From the NCBI GenBank assembly GCA_964484595.1, contig CAZAHC010000002.1, positions 1-41,648 on the forward strand: 41,648 nt of DNA. Direction: 5' to 3'. This DNA comes from an uncultured Fibrobacteraceae bacterium. Lineage in GTDB: Bacteria > Krumholzibacteriota > Krumholzibacteriia > LZORAL124-64-63. Positions 20,168 to 27,486 of this stretch are shown in pieces (the stretch's first letter is position 1; each line of letters begins with the position of its first letter). Under the pieces are notes generated by a model. It was given only the letters and a program-made list of their open reading frames with translations. It did no database searches and was not told the origin of the DNA. The position numbers and the translations under genes are program-made.

Positions 20168-20664
20168 GTTTCCTCCTGGTCCGGCGACGAATCCGGCCAG
20201 AAAACCGGACGCCAGCCTTCGAGTAACCTCTGCAGAGCGGCGGCCATCGCCCGGTACGTCTCGAGCGAGCCGCCGAAGGGATCGCCCACCTCCTCGCCGC
20301 CGGGGGCGGCGTCGCTGGCGCTCAGGTCGACGCCCGGCCGGCCGATCAGGCCCGTCCGGCCGGCGAAATCGGGAAACCGGCGGCGGAACGAATCCACCTG
20401 ATGCCAGGTCATGCCGATGACCCAGTCCGCCCCGGCCACCAGGTCGTCGTCCAGGGGGCGGGAACTGAAACTGGCCAGGGACACGCCCAGCTCCTCGGCC
20501 GCCGACTGCGAGCCAACCGAGGCCGGCATACCGGCCACCGCGTGGAGTCCCGCCGACAGGAACTGGACCCCCTGACCGCGGTCCAGTTTCCGGGCCAGGG
20601 CCTCGGCCAGGGGGCTGCGACAGGTATTCCCCTGGCAAAAAAAGAGAACGTTCCTTGGTTTCAC
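20164..20664 (-). CDS. low-molecular-weight protein (tyrosine/arginine) phosphatase family
   Basis: P-loop signature VLFFCQGNTCRSPLAEAL (CX5R-S). Start uncertain: I use the GTG at 20664 (VKPRNVLFFC), downstream of GGAGGAGG. The track start at 20712 is a TTG. Confidence 0.8.
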   Translation of the reverse strand: MKPRNVLFFCQGNTCRSPLAEALARKLDRGQGVQFLSAGLHAVAGMPASVGSQSAAEELGVSLASFSSRPLDDDLVAGADWVIGMTWHQVDSFRRRFPDFAGRTGLIGRPGVDLSASDAAPGGEEVGDPFGGSLETYRAMAAALQRLLEGWRPVFWPDSSPDQEET

Positions 20665-20761
20665 GCGTGCAGCCTCGCCTCCTCCCGGCAAAAGTAGAGG
20701 GCCCGGGAGCAACCGTCAAGCGGTCGCCCCACCCCTAACCCCCTGTCACAACAATCACCTA

Positions 20762-20789
20762 ACCCGGATTATTCATGAATAATCCGGGT
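20762..20789 (-). terminator. perfect 28-nt palindrome at the tsaC stop codon (terminator-like hairpin)
   Basis: acccggattattcatgaataatccgggt equals its own reverse complement. It shares 1 nt (20789) with the tsaC-like stop codon (20789-20791). On the minus strand it is followed by TTAGGTGATTGTTGTG (U-rich but interrupted). Confidence 0.4.
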
Positions 20790-21421
20790 CAAGCCGGGGG
20801 GCCGAGATCGTCCCAGGCCGGCGGCGGCTCAGGGCCCTCCCGCAGCAGCCCGGGTGGCCAGCGGCAAAGGTCGACCAGGGCCGAAGCCCGTCCGGGCTGG
20901 TCCGTCGACGGCGCACCGGTCCGCGGTCCGGAAACGATAAGCAGGCCGTCGATGGCCGGGCCGAACAAGGCCCCCGCCTCCGCGAGATCGGCCAGCGGCT
21001 CCAATCCCGGCAGGTTGGCGCTGGTGGAGACCAGCGGGAAGCCCGCCTTCGCCACCAGTTCCGTCAAGCCGACCATCCGGGGCACGCGCACGGCGATGGT
21101 CCCGGTGCCGGCGGTCACGACGGGAGGGGCGGCGGGGCCGGCCGGGAGAACGAAGGTGAAGGGGCCGGGCCAGCAGCGCTGGAGGTAGGCAACGGCTTGC
21201 GGAGCCGGGTCGGCCGCGAGCTGCAGCGCCTCGGCAACCGAACTGCAGAGCACGAGGAACGGCTTGGTGGCGGGACGCCTCTTGATCGTCGCCAGGCGTT
21301 CGACCGCGGCCTGGCAGTCGGCCCGGCAATGCAGCCCCGGCAGGGTGTCGGTGACCAGCAGCACGATCCCGCCGGCGGCCAGCACCTCGGCGGCCGCGTC
21401 CATGTCCGGCAGGGTCCGCAC
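20789..21421 (-). CDS. tsaC: L-threonylcarbamoyladenylate synthase (YrdC/Sua5/TsaC family)
   Basis: GGIVLLVTDTLPGLHC, KRRPATKPFLVLCSS, GPFTFVL and PLVSTSANLPG motifs of the YrdC domain. The GTG at 21421 follows GGAGG; the ATG at 21403 is an alternative start. Confidence 0.8.
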   Translation of the reverse strand: MRTLPDMDAAAEVLAAGGIVLLVTDTLPGLHCRADCQAAVERLATIKRRPATKPFLVLCSSVAEALQLAADPAPQAVAYLQRCWPGPFTFVLPAGPAAPPVVTAGTGTIAVRVPRMVGLTELVAKAGFPLVSTSANLPGLEPLADLAEAGALFGPAIDGLLIVSGPRTGAPSTDQPGRASALVDLCRWPPGLLREGPEPPPAWDDLGPPA

Positions 21422-21426
21422 CGGGC

Positions 21427-21927
21427 CTACCTCCGCCCCCGGGCCATTTCCTTGCGGTAAGCCTCGAGCCGAGCGGCGATGTCCGGATCGGCCAGGGCCA
21501 GGATCCGGGCCGCGAGAACGGCGGCGTTCTTGGCGCCGGCGCTGCCCACCGCAACGGTGGCGACCGGCACCCCGGGAGGCATCTGGACGATGGAGAGCAG
21601 GGCGTCCACGCCCGCCAGCGGCCCACTGGCGACCGGCACTCCGATGACCGGTTTACCGGTCAAGGAGGCCACGACGCCGGGCAGGTGAGCCGCCATGCCG
21701 GCGACTGCCACAAAAACCTGCGCGCCCTCGGCCTCGCTCCGGGCGACCAGCCGCCGCAGCTTGTCGGGTTGCCGGTGGGCGGAGGCGACCTCGACCCGGT
21801 AGGGAATCCCGAAGCGCTCCAGCAGAGGAGGCAGGCCCTCGATCACGGGCCCGTCCGACGGGCTACCCATCACCACTACCACCCGGGCGGGCTCGCCGGC
21901 GGCCGGCTTCCGCTTGTTTTCAGCCAT
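21427..21927 (-). CDS. purE: N5-carboxyaminoimidazole ribonucleotide mutase
   Basis: VVVVMGSPSDGPV, VEVASAHRQPDKL and AGMAAHLPGVVASLTGKPVIGVPV motifs. The ATG at 21927 overlaps the purD end by 8 nt (ATGGCTGA). Confidence 0.9.
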   Translation of the reverse strand: MAENKRKPAAGEPARVVVVMGSPSDGPVIEGLPPLLERFGIPYRVEVASAHRQPDKLRRLVARSEAEGAQVFVAVAGMAAHLPGVVASLTGKPVIGVPVASGPLAGVDALLSIVQMPPGVPVATVAVGSAGAKNAAVLAARILALADPDIAARLEAYRKEMARGRR

Positions 21928-23260
21928 CGACAGATCCTCCGGCCGTGAGAGCCCTGGCGGCGATGTCCCGCCGGAAATACAGATCGGCACCGGAAACCCG
22001 GCCCAGCAGATCGTAGGCCCGCTCCCGGGCGATGACCAGGTCCGGTCCAGATCCCACCGCGCCGAGTACCCTGCCGCCCGCGGTGACGAGCCCCTGATCT
22101 GTCTTCCCGGTTCCCGCCTGGATGATCCAGGCGGCATCCCCCTCGTCGGCCGGCAGGACCAGCGGTTCCCCCCTGGCATAGGATCCGGGGTAGCCCGGAG
22201 CGGCGCCGACCACGACGATGCAGTGCCGGCTCCAGTCGGTCAAGCCGGCGCCCGGCCAGGCGACCGGAGGCGAGCCGGCGGCGGCGGAAGCCCGGGCCAG
22301 GAAATCCCCCAGCTCGCCGTCGGCGGCGGCCTCGATCAGCGCCAGGAAATTGCCGGCCAGCAGCGGCAGGACCACCTGGGTCTCCGGGTCGCCGAAACGG
22401 CAGTTGAACTCCAGGACCTGCGGCCCGTCGGCCGTCAGCATCAAGCCGGCGTACAGTACCCCGCGGTAGGGAATGCCGCGCCGGCGAAGTTCGGCCAGCA
22501 CGGGCCGGATGATCTCCTCCTCGATCCGCCCGTAAAGATCGCGATCCAGGCTCACGGGCGCGAAGGCCCCCATGCCGCCGGTGTTAGGGCCGGTGTCCCC
22601 CTCGCCGACCCGCTTGTGGTCACGGCTGGGAGCGAGCAGTACGTAGTCCTCGCCGTCGGTGACGGCCAGCACCGACAGCTCGGGTCCAACCAAGCATTCC
22701 TCGACCAGGAGCCGCGCGCCGGCGTCGCCGAACCGCCGCTCGGTGAGGCACAGGTCAACGTGGGCGACCGCGGCAGCGAGGTCCGAGCAGACGGCCACGC
22801 CCTTGCCCTGAGCCGCTCCGCAGGCCTTGATCACCACTGGAAAGGTCGCGTCTTGCAGGTACTGCAGGACGCGGTCGCAATCGTCGAATCCCCGGAAACG
22901 AGCGGTGGGAACCGAGGCCGAGGCCAGGATCTCCTTGGCGAATTCCTTGTCTCCCTCCAGCCGGGATCCGGCCGCCCCGGGACCGAAAACCCGGATACCC
23001 GCTTCGCGCAGGTGATCGGCCAGCCCGGCAATCAGGGGATCCTCCGGGCCTATCACGACCAGGTCTATCCCCCGCTCCCGGCAGGCAGGAACCAGAGCTT
23101 CCGCAGTCGGGGCAACCTCAGGCAGGTTCTCCGCCAGGGACGCGGTACCGGGGTTACCCGGCGCTACGAAGAGGGCCGGCTTCCGGGGAGAACGGGCCAG
23201 GGCCCGCACCAGGGCGTGCTCCCGGCCGCCGGAACCAACGACGAGCACGTTCGGTGGCAT
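21920..23260 (-). CDS. purD: phosphoribosylamine--glycine ligase
   Basis: VLVVGSGGREHALV N-terminus and an ATP-grasp core (VVIKACGAAQGKGV, VLYAGLMLTADGPQVLEFNCRFGDPETQ). Start at the ATG at 23260 (MPPNVLVV). Confidence 0.92.
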   Translation of the reverse strand: MPPNVLVVGSGGREHALVRALARSPRKPALFVAPGNPGTASLAENLPEVAPTAEALVPACRERGIDLVVIGPEDPLIAGLADHLREAGIRVFGPGAAGSRLEGDKEFAKEILASASVPTARFRGFDDCDRVLQYLQDATFPVVIKACGAAQGKGVAVCSDLAAAVAHVDLCLTERRFGDAGARLLVEECLVGPELSVLAVTDGEDYVLLAPSRDHKRVGEGDTGPNTGGMGAFAPVSLDRDLYGRIEEEIIRPVLAELRRRGIPYRGVLYAGLMLTADGPQVLEFNCRFGDPETQVVLPLLAGNFLALIEAAADGELGDFLARASAAAGSPPVAWPGAGLTDWSRHCIVVVGAAPGYPGSYARGEPLVLPADEGDAAWIIQAGTGKTDQGLVTAGGRVLGAVGSGPDLVIARERAYDLLGRVSGADLYFRRDIAARALTAGGSVDG

Positions 23261-23284
23261 GACGTCTTCCTTTCGCCAGAACCC

Positions 23285-23313
23285 ACGATAGCGCACCGAT
23301 TTGGCCGGAACAA
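23285..23313 (-). promoter_or_regulatory. sigma-70-like promoter pattern upstream of purD-purE
   Basis: The minus strand reads TTGTTC - 17 nt - TATCGT (-35 at 23308-23313, -10 at 23285-23290), about 25 nt upstream of the purD ATG. The -10 hexamer is the same as at folE. Pattern match only. Confidence 0.35.
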
Positions 23314-23344
23314 TGGAAAGGTTGGGGCCGGGATGCAGGGAGGA

Positions 23345-24325
23345 TCAGCTGCCGGCCGGCACGATCCGGGTACCGGCCCGGCCGGCGATGGCGTCCAGGA
23401 TGGAATCGGGGTCGGTGATGATCACCTCGCGGCCGCCACCGGCCAGGAAGGAGAGGGTGGACTCGATCTTGGGCCCCATGCTGCCGCTGGGAAACTCGCC
23501 CGCGGCGAGCAGGCGGGAAGCTGCCTCGCTGTCGAGCAGGGGTAGAGCTTGCTGGTCCGGTTGGCCGAAAGCGCGGTAGACCCGATCGACCGACGTGATC
23601 AGGACCAGGGTGTCGGCCTCGATCAGGCGGCCCAGCAGGGCAGACGCCCGGTCCTTGTCGATCACGGCGGCGACGCCGCGGAGTTCTCCGTCCGGATCCC
23701 GCACGACCGGCACCCCTCCCCCACCCGCGGCGATGGTGATCACCCCGGCCTGGCTGAGCGCCTTGATGGCCTCCCACTCGACCACCTCGCGCGGCTGCGG
23801 GCTGGGCACAACTCGCCGCCAGCCGCGGTTGGCATCCTCGATCACGACCCAGCCGTGTTCCCGCTCCAGCTCCTGGGCCTTGCTGGCCGAGTAGAAGGGC
23901 CCGATCGGCTTGGTGGGGGCGGCGAAGGCGGGATCATCGGGATCCACTCTCACCTGCGTCACCACCGAGGCCACGGGTCGTTGCAGCATTTTTGCCCGCA
24001 GGGAGTTCTGCAGGGCCTGCTGGATCATGAAGCCGAGGCCCCCCTGGGAGTCGGCGCCACAGACGTACATCGGCATGCGCGGGATGCCGTGCAGCTCCAG
24101 ACCGGCATCGTTGCGCAGGACGATGTTGCCGACGACCGGCCCGTTCCCGTGGGTGAGAACCAGCCGGTGTCCGGCGCCGGCCAGCTCCGTCACCTGATCC
24201 ATGGTCCGCCGCGTCAGCACCACCTGCTCGTCGTACGTCCCCCGCCGCCCGGCGGGAATGATCGCGTTGCCGCCCAGGGCGATCACGAAGCAGCGGCTGG
24301 CCGTTTTTTCGGCTCGGCGGGGCAT
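23345..24325 (-). CDS. arcC: carbamate kinase
   Basis: VIALGGNAI, LTHGNGPVVGNIVL, SQGGLGFMIQQAL and AAGGGGVPVV are carbamate-kinase-type amino-acid-kinase motifs. 326 aa; the ATG is preceded by GGAGAG. Confidence 0.82.
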   Translation of the reverse strand: MPRRAEKTASRCFVIALGGNAIIPAGRRGTYDEQVVLTRRTMDQVTELAGAGHRLVLTHGNGPVVGNIVLRNDAGLELHGIPRMPMYVCGADSQGGLGFMIQQALQNSLRAKMLQRPVASVVTQVRVDPDDPAFAAPTKPIGPFYSASKAQELEREHGWVVIEDANRGWRRVVPSPQPREVVEWEAIKALSQAGVITIAAGGGGVPVVRDPDGELRGVAAVIDKDRASALLGRLIEADTLVLITSVDRVYRAFGQPDQQALPLLDSEAASRLLAAGEFPSGSMGPKIESTLSFLAGGGREVIITDPDSILDAIAGRAGTRIVPAGS

Positions 24326-24340
24326 GGCGACTCTCCAACC

Positions 24341-24373
24341 GGAAAAGGGATGCCGGCCCGCCTGCGGGCCGGC
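24341..24373 (-). terminator. intrinsic terminator after the aminotransferase gene
   Basis: The minus strand reads GCCGGCCCG-CAGG-CGGGCCGGC (perfect 9-bp stem, 24352-24373) followed by AUCCCUUUUCC. It lies 20 nt after the stop at 24394. Confidence 0.55.
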
Positions 24374-24393
24374 ACCAAGGGACCAGCGACCGG

Positions 24394-25557
24394 CTAGCGC
24401 AAGCTGGCCGCGAAATCGGCAACCCTGGCGAGGGCCTTGCGGATGTTCTCCTGGCTGTTGGCGTAACTGAACCGCAGGTATCCCTCACCGAACTCCCCGA
24501 ACGAGGTCCCGGCCAGGGCGGCCACCCCGAACTCGTTCAGCAGCTTCGTCTCGGCTTCCTTGCTGCACAGACCCAGGCCCTTGATGTTCGGGAAGACGTA
24601 GAAGGCCCCGTTCGGTCGCAGGCAGGTGATACCCTCGATCGCGTTCAACCCGTCGACCAGCAGGTCGCGCCGGGTCTTGAACTCGGCGACCATCGCCTGC
24701 GCGGCGTCCTGGGGACCGGTCAACGCCTCGGCGCCGGCGATCTGGGTGAACGAGGCGGTGCAGCTGGCGCAGTTTGTCTGCAGCTTCGCCACCTGCTCCG
24801 CCAGATCGGCCGGCATGACCCCGAAACCCAGGCGCCAGCCGGTCATGGCGTAGGTCTTCGAGTGGCCGTCCAGGATGATCGTCCTGGCCAGCATCCCCGG
24901 CCGGGTCGAGATGGATTCGTGCTGCCCCTGGTAGATGATCTTGCTGTAGATCTCGTCCGAAAGAACCCAGAAATCGTGCTTGACGGCCAGCTCGGCGATG
25001 GCGTCCAGGTCGGCCGCCGAGAGCACGCCGCCGGTGGGATTCTGTGGCGAGTTGATGATCAGGAGCTTCGTCTTGTCGCTGACCAAGGCGGCCAGATCGT
25101 CGATGGAAAAGGAGAATTCCTTCTCCTCGGTGAGCCGCAGAGGGAGGGCCTTGGCCCCGAGGAAGTTGATGACCGACTCGTAGATGGGGAAACCGGGATT
25201 GGGATAGATGACCTCGTCTCCGGGGTCCACCAGGGCGAGCAAGGGATAGAAGATGATCGGCTTCCCGCCGGGGGTGATCACGATGTTCTGCGGCCCGACC
25301 TCGATGCCGCGGTCGGCGGCAATGTACTCGGCGAAGGTCCGCCGAACTTCCGGCAGCCCGGCGGACGGCCCGTAGTGCGTGTAGCCGCTGCGCAGCGCCT
25401 CGACGGCCTTGTCGATGATGTTGGCGGGCGTGTCGAAATCGGGCTCGCCGATCTCGAGGTGGACCATGTCCTTCCCGGCCGCCTCGAGCTCCTTGGCGCG
25501 AGCCAGGACCTCGAAGGCGGTCTCGGTGCCCAGTCTTCCCATTCTCTTGGCCAGCAT
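24394..25557 (-). CDS. class I/II pyridoxal-phosphate aminotransferase (aspartate aminotransferase-like)
   Basis: VHLEIGEPDFDTP, INSPQNPTGGV and the PLP-lysine context GHSKTYAMTGWRLGF. Start at the ATG at 25557 (MLAKRMGRLG), giving 387 aa. Confidence 0.88.
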   Translation of the reverse strand: MLAKRMGRLGTETAFEVLARAKELEAAGKDMVHLEIGEPDFDTPANIIDKAVEALRSGYTHYGPSAGLPEVRRTFAEYIAADRGIEVGPQNIVITPGGKPIIFYPLLALVDPGDEVIYPNPGFPIYESVINFLGAKALPLRLTEEKEFSFSIDDLAALVSDKTKLLIINSPQNPTGGVLSAADLDAIAELAVKHDFWVLSDEIYSKIIYQGQHESISTRPGMLARTIILDGHSKTYAMTGWRLGFGVMPADLAEQVAKLQTNCASCTASFTQIAGAEALTGPQDAAQAMVAEFKTRRDLLVDGLNAIEGITCLRPNGAFYVFPNIKGLGLCSKEAETKLLNEFGVAALAGTSFGEFGEGYLRFSYANSQENIRKALARVADFAASLR

Positions 25558-25629
25558 TGCCTTCCCCCAGGAAAAAGTACCAAACCAGCCCGGCTTTGGC
25601 CCCGCGGCGGGTATCCAGCAGAAGGTGCA

Positions 25630-25658
25630 AACGTAAGGTAGGAATCTCGCCAAGTCAA
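25630..25658 (-). promoter_or_regulatory. sigma-70-like promoter pattern upstream of the aminotransferase gene
   Basis: The minus strand reads TTGACT - 17 nt - TACGTT (-35 at 25653-25658, -10 at 25630-25635), about 70 nt upstream of the ATG. Pattern match only. Confidence 0.35.
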
Positions 25659-25698
25659 GGAACGAGAAAGAGTTTCGGGATCGCTGTCCGTCTCCAGA

Positions 25699-27351
25699 CT
25701 ACTGGGAAATGGACCGCAGGTAACTCTTGATCTCCTTGACGACCTCGTCCCGGAAGGTGGTCTTGTCGCGAGCCAGGCGCTGCAGATCGACCCGCGAGAC
25801 GTACTTGACGTGAATGAACTTCCGCAGGGTCTTGACCGGGATGTTGCAGGGGCTGGAGAGCAGGGCCAGCGGCACTTCCTGGTTGGCGTAGCCGCAGTAA
25901 AGGTCGCGAGTGGTGGCGACCATCTCCAGCACGTTCACGCTGCGACACCGGGTGACCACCGACGCCACCAGGCCCGGGATTCCGACGATCTTGGGATTGC
26001 GCAGGAACCCGACCAGAACCGAAACCGAACCGATGTTGTTCAGGACCAGGCGCTTGACCGCCAGCGCCTCCATGGCTTCCCGCTCGTTCGCCGGGACCTC
26101 GGCCAGCAGCAGATCCAGGACCTCCTGGTCTGACTCGGCCGGCAGGGGCAGATCGTCCCGCCAGACCCGGTCGCCCAGACTCACCGGCGGCAAGCGCAGA
26201 ACCAGCCGGCCCTTTTCGACCGCAAACCCGGTCAGCGGCCAGGCCGCCAGGCCGTCACCTTCGGCCGGCGCGGCCAGGATCGCGGCGACCGTCTCGCGCA
26301 GGGCCTCATCCAGGGCCAGGCTCAGCTCGCCGTTGCGCTCGTTGAGCTGGATGATCCGGATCGCGGTCAGCAGGTCCAGCTCCGTCTGGCGGGCCCCCTC
26401 GGACTTCAGGTGATGCGCCAGGGCCATCAGTCGCGCTGCGCTGACGGCCAGCTGAGGAACGGGGATGGCGTTCCGCAGCAGACCGTCCTGCAGCTCGGCC
26501 AGGGGCGCCAGCTGCCCGGTCTCGAACAGGACCCGGGCCAGGGCGCTGCGCTCCTTCTCCTCCAGAACCTCGTGCGAGCGCGGCACCCGCTCGTGGAACG
26601 CCTTCTCGACCTGGCCGGCCTCGAGCCAGCTGATGAACTCCCGCAGGTCCCGGATCTCGGCATCGGCCCGGCTCAGGAGCGGCAAAACCTTCACCACCGC
26701 CGACACCCGGAAGGGGTCGATCTCGCCGGCCAGCTGGGAAATGCGCTCCTGGTAGGCGTCCACCTCCAGACGGGCCAGGTCGGCCAGGAGGCTGTTGTCC
26801 GCCGGTGGTAAGCTACCCTGGCGATAGAGGGTGGCCACGAAGTGCCTCAGGCACCTACGCATCAACGGATACGGCGACTCGCTGCCGGGACGCCCACTGG
26901 GGGTCGCCCTGGCCCCGGGGATCTCGTCCTCCCGGCCCAGGCACTGCGCCTCGAGATCCCGCAGGTGCTGCACCCAGGTCCGCAGCGCGCCGGCCGCCTC
27001 CTCCCCTTCTCCCATCCTGATCCGGACCCGGCGCGTGCTCGATAAGGAATGGATGCGGGGAATGAGCCTGGCCCCGGGCGTGTTGGCGTCGAGGAAGGCC
27101 GCCAGCAGGCGGGCCCCGGCCGGCTCGAACTGTCGCACCAGCTCCTGCAGGCCATGCAGGTACGAGACCAGCCGCGGCTGACCGATCATCTTGCGCAGCT
27201 GTCCGTAGAGAGTCCGCGACCGGTCGGGCAGGGAATCGGTGGCGAAGGCGAGCTGGATCAGGTCCTGGCAAACCGCGGGGTCGGGAGAGGCGCCGGGACT
27301 TTCCTGGCCAGATTCGGTAAGCAGCAGATCGGTGCACAAGCTCTGGGCCAT
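25699..27351 (-). CDS. hypothetical protein (about 550 aa, probably cytoplasmic, largely helical), no family recognised
   Basis: Long open frame with balanced composition, no signal peptide and no hydrophobic helices. The ATG at 27351 (MAQSLCTDLL) is preceded by GAAGGGA; the track start at 27378 is a GTG. The C-terminal 120 aa (LRNPKIVGIPGLVASVVTRCRSVNVLEMVATTRDLYCGYANQEVPLALLSSPCNIPVKTLRKFIHV) look like helical repeats. Confidence 0.6.
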   Translation of the reverse strand: MAQSLCTDLLLTESGQESPGASPDPAVCQDLIQLAFATDSLPDRSRTLYGQLRKMIGQPRLVSYLHGLQELVRQFEPAGARLLAAFLDANTPGARLIPRIHSLSSTRRVRIRMGEGEEAAGALRTWVQHLRDLEAQCLGREDEIPGARATPSGRPGSESPYPLMRRCLRHFVATLYRQGSLPPADNSLLADLARLEVDAYQERISQLAGEIDPFRVSAVVKVLPLLSRADAEIRDLREFISWLEAGQVEKAFHERVPRSHEVLEEKERSALARVLFETGQLAPLAELQDGLLRNAIPVPQLAVSAARLMALAHHLKSEGARQTELDLLTAIRIIQLNERNGELSLALDEALRETVAAILAAPAEGDGLAAWPLTGFAVEKGRLVLRLPPVSLGDRVWRDDLPLPAESDQEVLDLLLAEVPANEREAMEALAVKRLVLNNIGSVSVLVGFLRNPKIVGIPGLVASVVTRCRSVNVLEMVATTRDLYCGYANQEVPLALLSSPCNIPVKTLRKFIHVKYVSRVDLQRLARDKTTFRDEVVKEIKSYLRSISQ

Positions 27352-27486
27352 GACACGAAGGTCCCTTCTCGCTAGCACAGGCAGGGGACGGGATCCTGGT
27401 TACCCTCTTGCCATCGGCTGGAACCAAGGGGAGTTTACCGGGATGATTGGGACGGGGGCCAGGCCCGGCTCACCGCCCGGGCAATA

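Noticed and set aside
19715-20719. 334-aa ORF covering both rpiB and the phosphatase region
   Set aside because: Only the last 150 aa are RpiB-like. The rest is R/G/P-rich sequence out of frame with the clearly recognisable CX5R phosphatase gene. Analogous N-terminal over-extensions were trimmed at 673..1326, 4818..5573, 8992..10281, 13734..15677, 21427..22179, 21920..23296, 24394..25653, 27487..29727 and 30032..31918.
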